The notes beneath the pieces are model-generated. The model was not told the DNA's origin. It made no database searches and saw nothing but the letters and a program-made list of their open reading frames with translations. The position numbers and the translations under genes are program-made. A stretch of DNA of 62,979 nucleotides, counting the filler, from Lenisia limosa (taxonomy: Eukaryota; Protista; Breviatea), in the NCBI GenBank assembly GCA_001655205.1. It is 8 parts of 8 records of this genome, joined end to end, with 100 filler letters (N's around TTAATTAATTAA, not from the genome) between each part and the next. Parts side by side here need not be neighbours in the genome. Positions count along the whole stretch, not along the records: positions 1 to 19,671 come from LPNZ01011145.1; 7 more parts are not named here. One strand, written 5' to 3'. Position 1 is the first letter of the stretch; each line of letters opens with the position of its first letter. Positions 1 to 11,500 of the stretch are shown one piece after another.

Positions 1-318
1 CGCAACCGGTTGGTCCCGGGGGGGGGGTACTAGTGTACGCAGTGTCGTTTTCTTTGGGATATTCTTTAGTGAACCGCTGGGATCCTAGTTTCAATAGAGA
101 CTTTACTGCAAAAAAAGCGGGCTTGTTTAAATATGAGGTGCGCTTGTTTTTGAACTCGTAGATGACCCTTCGATTTTTCAAAAACTGTTCTAAAAACACA
201 ACTAAAATTCAAAAAAAAAATGCACCATAGATTTGGTTGAGCCAAAAAGCGGTACAGCTTGGTAGTCGACGCCAATGATAGTTGTGAGGGGTGCAGAAAC
301 CCCCCACTAACAGTCTAG

Positions 319-1969
319 GGAGAAGGGTTTGATGTCATGAAAAGTGGTGATGCAAGGTGCGCGTTGATTGGATTCCCCTCCGTTGGCAAGTCCACACTTC
401 TTGGCAAAGTCACCAAAACTGGTGGGGGGGGGGGGTAAAGTCACGATCATACCCATCTCCATAATACATATGATATTCTATATCATATCATAGAGATATC
501 ATAGTATATATGACTGGGATCAGTTTTGACCGATTTTTCATAGAAAATCATTGAGGAAATAGGTCAAAACTTACCCCGGTCACTGTATATATATAATATG
601 ATATACTATACGATATAATCAAGCGATTTTGACACTTCAGAATCATCTGCTGCTAGCTACGAATTTACGACTTTAACCTGCATTCCTGGAAACATTGAAG
701 TGAGGGGGGATAATGCTTCAACATTCTTCCTACCCCTTGTCTCTTTCATCCTGGTACTGATAGTGTAGTACCGAGGATCTCGAATTCAACTTTTGGATTT
801 GCCTGGTATTATTGAAGGAGCGTCTGGAGGTTTGTTGTAATCTCTTATTTACGCTGCATATTATCACAAGAGGATAATGCAAGCCTATCTCCCTTTGGTC
901 TTTTGGTTTCTTAATTTGCAGGAAAGGGACGTGGACGACAAGTTATTGCTGTTGGTCGAACGGCCGATCTAATCATCATGATGATGGATGCGGTGAGGGG
1001 TCATTCGTCAATCGAGCGTTTATACATTGGTTTTGTTCTCATTTCCAAAGAAGTATTTTACCATATTCTTCATCGAAATTTCCTTCGTTTTACTGTTTTT
1101 TTTTGTTTTTTGAGTTTCAGATTATTCAGTTCGTGATAAGTACCTTTACGCCAATATTCTTCATCGAAATTTCCTTCGTTTTACCCCCCCCCCCAGGGTA
1201 AGGGACGAGAACAGAAAACCAAGTTGACCTACGAACTGGAGAGCGTGGGAATGCGTTTGAACCAGGAGCCTCCGCAGATCTATTTCAAGGTTTGTTTTTT
1301 TCTTCTAGAAGAAAAACGTTGTTTTCATCCCACTCACGTAGTTTGATCTGCCCCTGTTGTGTTTGAAGTGTTGTAGTGGATGCCTGTGGTGGTTTTTGTG
1401 ATAATGTTTGCAGCATTATATTACATCATTGCAATTCCTAACCACCCCTCCCTTCCCCTTTAGCAAAAGAAGGCTGGTGGAATCCACGTTACATCAATGA
1501 ACCCCCTCACACACCTGAATGAGCGACAAGTTTACAACATTCTTCACGAATATAGTATGAGGGGGGGGGGGGAGGTGACGGCTTTACGTGAGGNNNNNNN
1601 NNNNNNNNNNNNNNNNNNNNNNNNNNNNNNNNNNNNNNNNNNNNNNNNNNNNNNNNNNNNNNNNNNNNNNNNNNNNNNNNNNNNNNNNNGGAGGAGGCAA
1701 TTAACTGTTGTTGACTAATGTTCTTCAGGAATCCATAATGCTGAAATTCTCTTCAAAGAAGACGCAACTGTGGACCAGCTGATTGATGTTATTGAAGGAA
1801 ACAGGAAATACGTCCCTTGTCTCTATGTAAGTTTACTGGCGAGCCACTTTTATATAATTCTCGCAAGTATTGACCTGTCTTAACTTTGCCAGGTGTATAA
1901 CAAAATTGATAACATTACAATTGAAGAAGTCGACCAAATCGCCCGTGAAGATCACACTGTTGTTATTTC
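319..1969 (+). CDS. DRG2: Developmentally regulated GTP-binding protein (DRG2/Rbg2 type), partial, 8 exons
   Basis: GT-AG exons 319-421, 641-699, 769-829, 922-992, 1197-1289, 1464-1554, 1729-1826 and 1893-1969 splice to [28 protein letters not shown]...[12 protein letters not shown]...[26 protein letters not shown]...YNKID. These are the G1, G2, G3 and G4 motifs of DRG. The N- and C-termini are not located. Confidence 0.93.
511..585. mobile_element. About 78-bp palindromic MITE ending CTTACCCCGGTCACTG-TA
   Basis: Imperfect hairpin with a CAGTGAC-type end followed by TA, in a TA-rich intron tract. Related copies at 7509-7583 and 55251-55319. Confidence 0.65.
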
Positions 1970-2803
1970 GTATGGGAGGGGGGGGGGNNNNNNNNNNNNN
2001 NNNNNNNNNNNNNNNNNNNNNNNNNNNNNNNNNNNNNNNNNNNNNNNNNNNNNNNNNNNNNNNNNNNNNNNNNNNNNNNNNNNNNNNNNNNNNAAGTAAA
2101 TATACTATATCATATGTCATATTGTATTATACCTGTATATATATGAGTTACTATGAGAAAATATAATATGTAATATATCATATATGATATGCATATGAGA
2201 TATTATACTTGATATCATATCATATGTTGTCTAATATCATATCACACCGTCTATATATCTGTGAATTTTCCTCTATCTGTGATTTTTTTTGAAATATACG
2301 AAAAATTTTGCTAAAAATATGGCATATAACTAAGAGAATTGTCATAACACTCTNNNNNNNNNNNNNNNNNNNNNNNNNNNNNNNNNNNNNNNNNNNNNNN
2401 NNNNNNNNNNNNNNNNNNNNNNNNNNNNNNNNNNNNNNNNNNNNNNNNNNNNNNNNNNNNNNNNNNNNNNNNNNNNNNNNNNNNNNNNNNNNNNNNNNNN
2501 NNNNNNNNNNNNNNNNNNNNNNNNNNNNNNNNNNNNNNNNNNNNNNNNNNNNNNNNNNNNNNNNNNNNNNNNNNNNNNNAATACCAAGAAAACAAAGGAC
2601 AATGGGAGAATTATTCGAATGGGAAGTCAGAGAGTTCCTTAATAAATGTAAACAATCAATGCAAAAACGTAACCAGACAAAGGGGATGAGCAATATGCGT
2701 CTAACACAGACCACAAATAGAGAAAGTACGTCTACTAGTGTTGAATCATAATGTTGTTGAAAATATATTGCGGAAAATACAACAGATATTGTTACCTTCG
2801 AAC

Positions 2804-3152
2804 CTGGGAATCTGTGGAATTCGGCTTTCACACCAGAGGCGTTCAGGTGGTCAACAAGCATCTGGCATTGCGTTGTTTTACCGGACCTGAGGGTTAACCT
2901 TCAGATCAAAAAATTAGTGAAATGAGCTATGTACATTGAAATTTAATTGATATAATAAGTATCTGACAAAAGAGAAGGCTCAAAATCCTACTCCATTCCA
3001 GCTTGTAACACAATTGGGGATTATATTACCAACAAGCTAGTCCACCATAGTATTAGCAGTAAGCTCATAAGACTTTACATATCACCATCACACCTATCAA
3101 TTCCTTCGAAAACAAAGAAGCCACCTTTTTGGGTTGGGGCTGGGGTTGACAT
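2804..3152 (-). CDS. DTYMK: Thymidylate kinase (dTMP kinase), 5' part only
   Basis: Exons 3152-3094 and 2886-2804 splice to MSTPAPTQKGGFFVFEGIDRSGKTTQCQMLVDHLNASGVKAEFHRFP. This is the TMK P-loop (EGxDRxGKTTQ) followed by the xRFP motif. Downstream exons were not found. Confidence 0.85.
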
Positions 3153-3496
3153 GCCGATCTAAAGAGTGAGATTTACCAATATCGGGAATAAGAGAAAGAT
3201 TAAAAATCGCATATATTTGGTTTGTATAATAAAAGTCGTACCTATTAAAGGCAGGCTGTGTGAAGAGAGGAAGTTTAGCACAAAAAGCCGCCAAAAAGGA
3301 CGAATGGCGTAAGCGCACAACGTAGCTTATATCTTTTTTATGTTTGTTGAAAACGCAAGCGCTTTTTTCACGAACGCCGTTGTTTTTATTGTAAACTGCT
3401 AAAGTTGTGAAATAGTAGAGGATGAAGAGGGTTTCGTAGGTTCATTATTAAGGTATTGCCCTTGGAGACCCCGTCCGTCTTTTCTGCGGGCTCGTA

Positions 3497-6400
3497 ATGA
3501 GCCAAAGAACAGGTTTCGCGGAGTACAGTAAGACACCGCCGGTGATCTTCAACTCCACTCGTCTGGCAGTGCCCAACCCAAAACCACCTTCCAATCGCAA
3601 ACCGTCGGCCAAAGGGGCATTTCCGTCGTCCTTGAGGGAGCATCAGAAGCCGGTCACGCCAAGATCGCAAGACACAAGAGGAAAGGCATGGTCAGAACGG
3701 GGGAGGTGCTTGATCTTCTGTTGTCCTTTTGTTTCCCTCTATTCAGTTTTTATGTTTGTAACGAATGGCACAGTTGATCATGACATATTACTACAACTAA
3801 ATTTAGTTGTTTCCTTATTGTGGACCACCCCCCCCCTTTTTTTTTTTCTCTTTCGAATATACAATGCTGCTTCATTTGTCTGCCCCATCACATTGCCTGC
3901 TTCATTTGTCTGCCCCATCACATTGCCTGTTTCATTTGTCGGCCCCATCACATTTTCTGTTTCATTTGTCGGCCCCATCATGTCATTGCCTGTTTCATTT
4001 GTCTGCAATGAAGCATTCTGTTGCTGAGTCCAGGCTTTTTGTTCCATTACTTTTATTTAGCAGATCACTAATCTGTAAATTGTCCGCTTTTAAAATTTTG
4101 GTGAAATAAAAATGGGTCAATAATCTCAATGCCCTCCATCTGTTACTTTCACCTTAGGTATCTGTTAAAATTAAGTTCAACTCTTTCTCTTAATAGTGTC
4201 CGATATCGTGTTTGGCCGGGGTATAGCATTTGATCTAGCTGGAATTTCTAAAGTAATCCCATTTGCTGTTCATGATAAGTTCTTTATTATGCGGATAACA
4301 GTCACCCACTCCTCCCACTCTCAGTGCAATCGATATTTGTTCTTTCTTCACCCCTCCCCCCTCCAGGTTTGGGGGTAATGAAGTGTCACTCACACGTGGC
4401 CCCCGGCCTGTTATGAGAACCGAGCCGATCACACCGGTTGCGTCTCTGGTGGACGAGAACCAGTCAACCGGCCAAGACCCTTGTAAGATTAGGCTATCAA
4501 CTGGCTATTAGGCAGCTTTCTAGACAACCATTGAATGCCAATTTATTGCTTGGAATTCCTTCCAAGCGCCCTGCCAACCATGTAGGTGTGGACTTCTGGC
4601 AAGAGCTCCTTTCCCTTGACGATGGTCCAGTTTCTGCACAGGTGGGGGGGGGGGGAACTCAGCCAATCATATAAAAATGGACATTCGTCAAAATTGTTGT
4701 ATTAATATACAATATGATATGATATATTTAGTGTGCCCGCAGAAGCGGCCGGACTGGGCTTTGTTTGCTTCGTTTTTATCAACCCTCGTGTGTTGTCAGC
4801 CAACAGAATTGATTTTGGGCTTTTTTGTTTCATATTTTTTTCTGTTTTACCCCCCCCCCCAGCTGCGCCTTGAGCGTCGTTTGATGGAGTTGGTGGCGTC
4901 AGCTGGTGAAATGGACAATGTAGCAGGATGGAACATGCTGGCTCGGCTGGTGCTTGCCTACCCCCGGGGGTTCAATACCAGGAATCCTGGCCACCATCTG
5001 CTCCAGGTCTGCTGAGCGATATTCTGGTCTTGTTTTTGATTCCAATTATCATTACTTATGCACTTGTTGGGATGTGCTTTTTAAAAAAGTTTCCTGTGGT
5101 GTTTACAGCATATTATATATCTACTCTCGTAAGTATACTATTATAATTAAACCTTCCTATTGTTATTTCTTTTGACTGATTAGGCCCTCCGAGGTGCGGT
5201 GGAGCAAATGTCGCTCTCCGGCACGGGCCTGCAGGATGCTGCCGAATGTCTGTTGTATCAGTTCCCGGAGGTCATCAAGGTCAAAAGCGCGGGAGAGCAC
5301 CCGGTTGATACAGTGGGGGGCATGGTGTTGTCAGTACGAGGCAAACGAGTTGATTTGTCACCACCTCCAGATCCGTAGTCATGAATGCCAGTCTGCATCA
5401 CGTGACGGGCTGTACACTTTTTCAATTGAAGAGGTTGGGTGGTTGGTCTGTGCATCTATCGGATCCATTGGATTTTGGTTTGAAACTATTGCTTCTTATT
5501 GGGGAGATTAACCCAGTAATATATCCCCAAAAAGGCTGAAACGCAGTCGCGTGTGACCACCCAGGTCCGGCAATACGACTTAACGTTCATGCGCACCCCC
5601 ACATTACTGAATTCCTCCACCAGCGCCAGACTGAGAGCCGTTAATTCCCCGGGTCCTAATACCCCGCGTCCAAATGTGGGGGGTCTAGATGAATACATGT
5701 AGGTACCTCATGTCTGGAGGTATGGCGACGGCTATTGTGGATGTCTTTTGATAGACTGTTGCTACATTAGTTACATTTTAGAGTGCCGAATTTCCAGCCG
5801 TACAAGGTAGCACCCCTTGCCCCTTGAGCGCCCGCGGACCAAGAATTCAGGAACCTTCTTGGCCTGGAGGTTGGTACCGCCTGGTTGTTATATTATTATT
5901 TTATTGTATTGAGATAATGTCTCGAGTATGGCGGGGTTTTCATTCGCCAAGACCCAGGATCGGGTTGGATCAACATGGTTATGGAAGAGCAATACTGTGT
6001 TGAACCCTTCTCATGACATTTCAGGGTCTCTGAGAGCGTCTTCAGCACCACCGAGAAGGTGTGTTACAGGGTTCATGATAATATAGGAAAAGGCAGATAA
6101 CAAAGGGATGTGGAATAGGAGTATTGTGAGAAGTTATGCTATATTTTTGGTGGCCCGTGTTGCAACTCAAATTTAACCCCCGCAAGCATTCCGTTCTAAC
6201 TGTCATTAGACCGCAGTCTGCTGCTGCCGGACCAAGACCCCAGTAGGTTATCTATGTATAGTCAAAGCTCCGGACATCATTCAAAATTCCCTGACACATC
6301 AAAACTCCCGGACAGCTTGAGTTTTCCCCTACATAATCACCATAAACCACCCAAAAACCCTATTTCCCTTTTGTTTTCGAAAGTAATCTCAATCTTAATT

Positions 6401-8330
6401 AAAGCATGAAACCCCAATTTAACATATTGTCGGGTCAAAACCAAATTAAGTCCCTGAGCTCTCTGTTAATGGTCCAAATACTGTCAAAAACAAGCACAAA
6501 CCGTTATAAAAGGCCACATCAAGGAATAAATGGCCACTATCCGGGAAAGTTTACCCTTGTAGACAGTGCTATTTTGAGCAATTTTCTCTCAAAATTCACC
6601 ATTACATAGCCAAAGTAAAGTGGAACCCGGAACCAAATACTCCGGGTGTATATTTTTGTTTCTTCACACTTAAAGAGGGTAAGATTCAGAAAAAAATCCT
6701 GTGAAAAGGCAAAAGGGGGACCCCCGGGAGACCAAATTCACGGATTTTTGACGTTTGCTCAAAATTGAAAAAAAAAGTTAGGGAACATTAGGAGGACCAT
6801 TTCTCTTTGTATCTGTCGAAACAGATTTTCAAAAAACACTAGCAATGGCCTATACAAGGCATTAACTTCAAGCTGTCCGGGAGTTTTGATGTGTCCGGGA
6901 ATTTTGAATGGTGTCCGGGGCTTGAGGACCCACATATATATCATACATATACACTGTATATGCTACCCGAGAATATGTATATATCATATGATGGTATATG
7001 TTTTCATGTTTGTGTGGGCATATCTGTTGATGTGGGGATATCATATCACCAAGAACTTCAATTCAGTCAGAGAAAAATCTGTCGATAAATCTACAAGAAA
7101 CTTAGAATTATTCATTTTCGTGGTAATATTGGTGTTATCAGTAACATTATTTGCACTATTCAGCTCTTCAGGTTGATAAGACCAAGGTAGTGTAATACCT
7201 CCCCCCCCCCCCAGGTCTGCGTCTCTCAGACGACCAATGAAACTGTCTAGTGGCAGCAGGGCGTCGCTGTTCTCGGCCCACCGTCCGAGGTCTCCTTCAC
7301 CTGGACCACACAGGAAGAAGAATGACGTGAGAGGTGGAGTGGAAAAGGAAGAAGAACGACGTGAGTGGTGGAGTGGAAAAGGAAGAAGAACGACGTGAGT
7401 GGTGGAGTGGACACGATACTGGGTCGTTGGAGTGATAAGAATTACCTTATCCCTTAAGTTGGAAAGAACGGAAGGGAATACTTAAAAACATCACATCAGA
7501 TACGAAATTGACCGCGGTAAGTCTTGACCCATTTTCCTTGGGAAATCACATGGCAAATTGGTCAAGTCTTACCCCGGTCACTGTATATCCATGTACATGT
7601 ATTACATTCTACTTTGATCATTCCTAACCTCCGAAGATGGCCAAGTCAGGGGTTGGGCGGCAGATGGCAGCTGTGCTGTCCAAACACCGTTCGCACTTGA
7701 AGGTTGCCGGGAATCTGCGGTGCATCGTATTGTATTTCCGCTGTTTATGTCCTATGACCACGTTCACGCCAATATTCTTCATCGAAATTTTCTTTGTTTT
7801 ACTCCCCCCGCCCCCATAGGCTCACGAAGGGGACGAAGAAACTGAAGAGACCAATGTGTTGAATGTTGAAGAGGCGGAGGTGGAGGAGAACGACAGACCC
7901 GAAAACGGTGAAGGGGATGTCTAATGATGCAATGATGGTGATAATGTTGATTGTGGTGATGATTATGATTGATAATGATGAATGGTTTGTGGTGATAATG
8001 ATGGTGATGATGATGATTGATAATGATGAATGGTTTGTGATGATAATGATGGTGATGATGATGATGGTGATAATGGTGGCAACATAGTCCCAACAGCAAA
8101 CTCACACCCAGGGCCCCCTCTATACATCCCACACGATCGTGTCTTAGAATCGCGGAACCAATCAGTCCACTTTGCCCACGATGACTCCGTGAAGGTGGAG
8201 GACCTTGAAGAGGTATCCGGTTCCCCAATTGATATCATGCCCTCATCATCCAGGATCTCCCGGCATGGGCTTTGGAGGCTCAGAACGCCGAAGTGCAAAA
8301 CGTCAATCGCCACGCCCGGTGAGGCATAGT
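3497..8330 (+). CDS. Putative 5' exons of the dynein heavy chain gene (low-complexity N-terminal region) or a separate hypothetical gene
   Basis: Several open, GT-AG-bounded, GC-richer segments (for example from 4863 LRLERRLMELVASAGEMD, from about 5184 ALRGAVEQMSLSG, and 7215-7326 ...GPHRKKND) are co-oriented with the dynein. No recognisable domain; the start codon is uncertain. Confidence 0.45.
3868..4005. repeat. 30-bp tandem repeat, about 4.5 copies
   Basis: Unit tg(c/t)ttcatttgtc(t/g)gccccatcacattgcc. Confidence 0.9.
4735..4862 (+). repeat. Intronic 3'-splice-site repeat, subfamily B
   Basis: CTGGGCTTTGTTTG..AACCCTTGTGTGTTGTCAGCCAACAGAGTTGATTTTGGGCTTTTTTGTTTCATAAATTTTCC..TTTTAC-C(n)-AG. 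Copies near 25450, 27430, 28500, 30395 and 46320 (+), and 49135, 51520, 52484, 53255, 53461, 54715, 54795, 56362 and 62884 (-). Confidence 0.88.
6259..6930. mobile_element. About 670-bp non-autonomous element with about 60-bp TIRs, in a dynein-region intron
   Basis: 6259-6320 (tagtcaaagctccggacatcattcaaaattccctgacacatcaaaactcccggacagcttga) is the near-perfect reverse complement of 6868-6926. The TA-(c)AGTC start resembles pogo/Tigger ends. Confidence 0.75.
7313..7410 (+). repeat. 34-bp tandem triplication spanning a splice donor
   Basis: Unit ggaagaagaa(t/c)gac|gtgag(a/t)ggtggagtggaaaa x3. Confidence 0.85.
7925..8080. repeat. GAT/GGT-rich microsatellite-like tract (intronic)
   Basis: Degenerate (gat/ggt/aat)n with an internal 60-bp duplication. 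Confidence 0.8.
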
Positions 8331-8549
8331 GGTTGCTTAGCCAAAGAGGATTGAGAATTTGACCTTGGTTTTTCAGTTTATTGACAATTCAGCCCATCAT
8401 CGGCATCGTCATTCATTGATCGATTGGACCTTTCGAGACTCTCTATCCGCTCCACTGCTACCAACACCCCGCAGCATCTCATGGCCTTCCTACACACCGG
8501 AGAGGTACCCGGAGATTGGCAACATTCAGAGCCGGGTATCATGTCATTC

Positions 8550-11500
8550 TTATGGCTTTCCTCGAGACGGGTATCATGTCGTTCTCATGGCCTCAAGACG
8601 TTATAACAACACAGGATGCGATGGAGTACTTTGCTCAGGCTGGCTCGGACGCCTTGGTCAAGTTCGTACACTTGAACCGAGCCAATCCTTCCAGTCAATT
8701 CAGGTACGGCTTATTCTGGGGTGACATGTTTGTATCATAAATGTGTAATTTTCCTCAACAAGAATGTCCACGGATCGAAATGGAAAGTGGTCCTCCTTCA
8801 ATACCTTACTCCCCCGCCCAGGCCCTATGATTTGGTTGTGGTCGAGAACCGAGCCCGGCTGCATCGTGAGCATTTTGTTATGTCCCCCTCAGGTATGGGA
8901 TCTGCGCCAAGGCTGGTATTATGGTTCTGGCGTGGACCTTTCTACTTCCTCGCAGTCATCTGGTGACGTCTGTAGGAGTGGTGCATTTGGCCCCCGGACA
9001 GCCCACTGAATGTGTACCGCTCGCTCGTTGGGTATTTGAGTCCGCCATCTTCAACACATTGTCGCATATGAAGTGAGGGGTATCAAAATCGTTTTACCGT
9101 CAATCTTTTGCTTCTGTTGCCTCATCCCTCAGGACTTTTCGGGACCATATTTTGTTCAAGATGTTCAAACGGTGGCAATCGTGTGTGCGTTTCAAGCAGT
9201 TTGCTGCAACGAGGAAAATTGTGGGTTGAGGGTGGTCGTTGCTTTCATTTTAGCTCACATACAATACTTTGTAATATGGACTGCCTGCCACAATGCTATG
9301 TACTAGGACTGAGACAATACGCCATGCCTGCCACAATGCCATGTACTAGGACTGAGACAATACGCCATGAGCATCATTCTTTTTTAGTGCTGAGTTTCAG
9401 TGATAACACTATTATTATCGGCCAGATACTTTATTTATTATTTATCATTGCTATATGATATTATAGTATAGAATATGATATACTAGTATAGTATAATATG
9501 ATATAATATAATATATAGTATATTATATAAAAAAAAACGCGATGTACGTTATTCCGTTTGGGTTATGTCCCCCTCCCCCCCGACAGGTCCAAACACGGCT
9601 CCTCCAGGCCAGTCCTGCCTTCCTACCGGCTCTCCTCAAACTGCAGGCATTGGCCGTCTCCATCCCCGATATCCAGATACTCGATGTGCGATATGGGGGA
9701 GCCGACTTTCTTGTCGTTTCGATTATCACACCAATTTACCCCCCACCCCCACAGCCCCTGGCGACGCAGCCGCAGACACTGGAGGATATGGTGGAGATTA
9801 TGACGGCTCAGAAGGTGGAGGCCGAAAAAACCATGGAGTCTGTTTCTGCCCAAATGGAGTCTATTGTTTCAGAAGTGGGTCTGGTTGAGCTATTTGAATT
9901 GCCAAAGTGACAGAATACAAAATAACCAGGAATACAAATAACCACGACTCCGTGAAATTAACTTCTTAAAAATAATTGTCAATATTTAAAATTAAAGTGT
10001 CTCAAATTGAGTTTATATTACAATATGTCGCACCGTCGTTATGTGTTAAGGTTTGCTCAGAAGTGGTGGGACGGACACAGTTCAACAACTCCGAGGTAGG
10101 TTGTATTCAACCCCCAGTAGGGCTAATGAGTGCACTCTGTAGCTTATTTTATTTCCACGTTATTGGGGAGGGGTGGTAAGTCAAGAATTGGAGCTTCAGT
10201 TCAATACCAAGCAGTACTCACCCTACAGCCCATGGTAACACACATGGACAGTCCCGTCATTCCAGGTGTTACTGTCAGTACCGAAATAAGTGGTGAGTAG
10301 TGAGGCTAAATGTCCTCTACATTCCCAATCACCCTCCATTAACCCCGCAGGTGAGACGTACCGCACGAAATCAGGCGGACGTAGTGTGTCAATGGGACAA
10401 GAGAGGAAGCTGTACCGCATTCGTTTGGACGAAATTAAGGTACTGTGGCGGTGGCGGCAGGTTCAGTTCCTCATTCTGGTTTATGTTCTAGAAAGCCCTC
10501 TTCGAGACCTCGTTGTTAGGCCACTTCATCCGACTTGCTGACTACCTTGCGGTGGGCTTCTGCAGAGGAATATTGAAATAACACTGGAATATTGAAAATT
10601 GAAATAACATTGGGGTACAAAGTCATAGAGCAAGGCATTTATAATCATAATGTGTGGCAGTGTTCACCATACACACCCAGTTTTCTCATTCCCAAGGTGG
10701 AGAATCTTCGCCTGCTGGTTGTAATCGCCACTGCCAAGTTGTCCGAGGTGGGGGTGCAGGCGATGATGTGACAGTGTCCGAGGTGGGGGTGTTTGGATAC
10801 CAGGCGGAAATACCAAATCCAGTGTGTAAAAACACCGTTTAGATGGCTTGTTTCACTGATTAGATCTTCGCGAATTCCCCAAAAGCTGGACTTATCCACT
10901 CCCAAGTTGGGGGGGAGGGGCGGTTATGGGAACAACCCCATTTCAATACAGAATGTTGATCGATATTCTTCCAAGTTATTCCGTTTGCTTGGTTAATCAA
11001 TATGAGTCTTATTTAGATCCCTTGGGGGTATTGTTGACACCATTTTCTCTCCCTAGCCTCTTTCGATTATCCCTCAGATTGGTTTTGAGCCGCACATGGC
11101 CACGCCAGTCTTTACCCCGGATGGCGCTACCGTCTTGGAGGCGCTTTCATTGGTGGGCGTGTCTGGACTGTGTGGATGAGTTGCTCTTTTTTGCCACTAT
11201 CTTGGTATGATCATTTGAACGGATCTACGTACATGTTCTATATGTTGCCTTTTCCACCACGGTTAACAGATGTAGTTGATTGACCAGTCCATTATTTCGC
11301 TCCAAACGTTCTCTCGTGTCTTGCTGATGGGAGTGGGGTATTCTGTGCTAGAAACTGTTTTGTTGTGTACACTTTCATTGCCTAACGCTGCAGTCGTTCT
11401 TGCAGTACGTTACTATGGGGACGATGGAGCGCGATCGTGTCAAGGGCCTTCATGTCACTTCCCTGGTTGGCTGAGGTCATTATGTGATCAAATTACGATC

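Noticed and set aside
3868-4005. CRISPR-like array or repeat protein (also 13627-13725)
   Set aside because: Head-to-tail minisatellites with no unique spacers, no cas genes and a eukaryotic intronic context.
5517-5702. Stop-codon reassignment (TAA and TAG flank a long open frame)
   Set aside because: Both can be placed in introns using nearby AG and GT sites. All Gln codons in the conserved DRG2 and dynein exons I translated are CAA or CAG, and no in-frame stop occurs in conserved motifs.
7779-8228. His-rich or Met/Asp-rich ORFs
   Set aside because: They are translations of an intronic GAT/GGT microsatellite.
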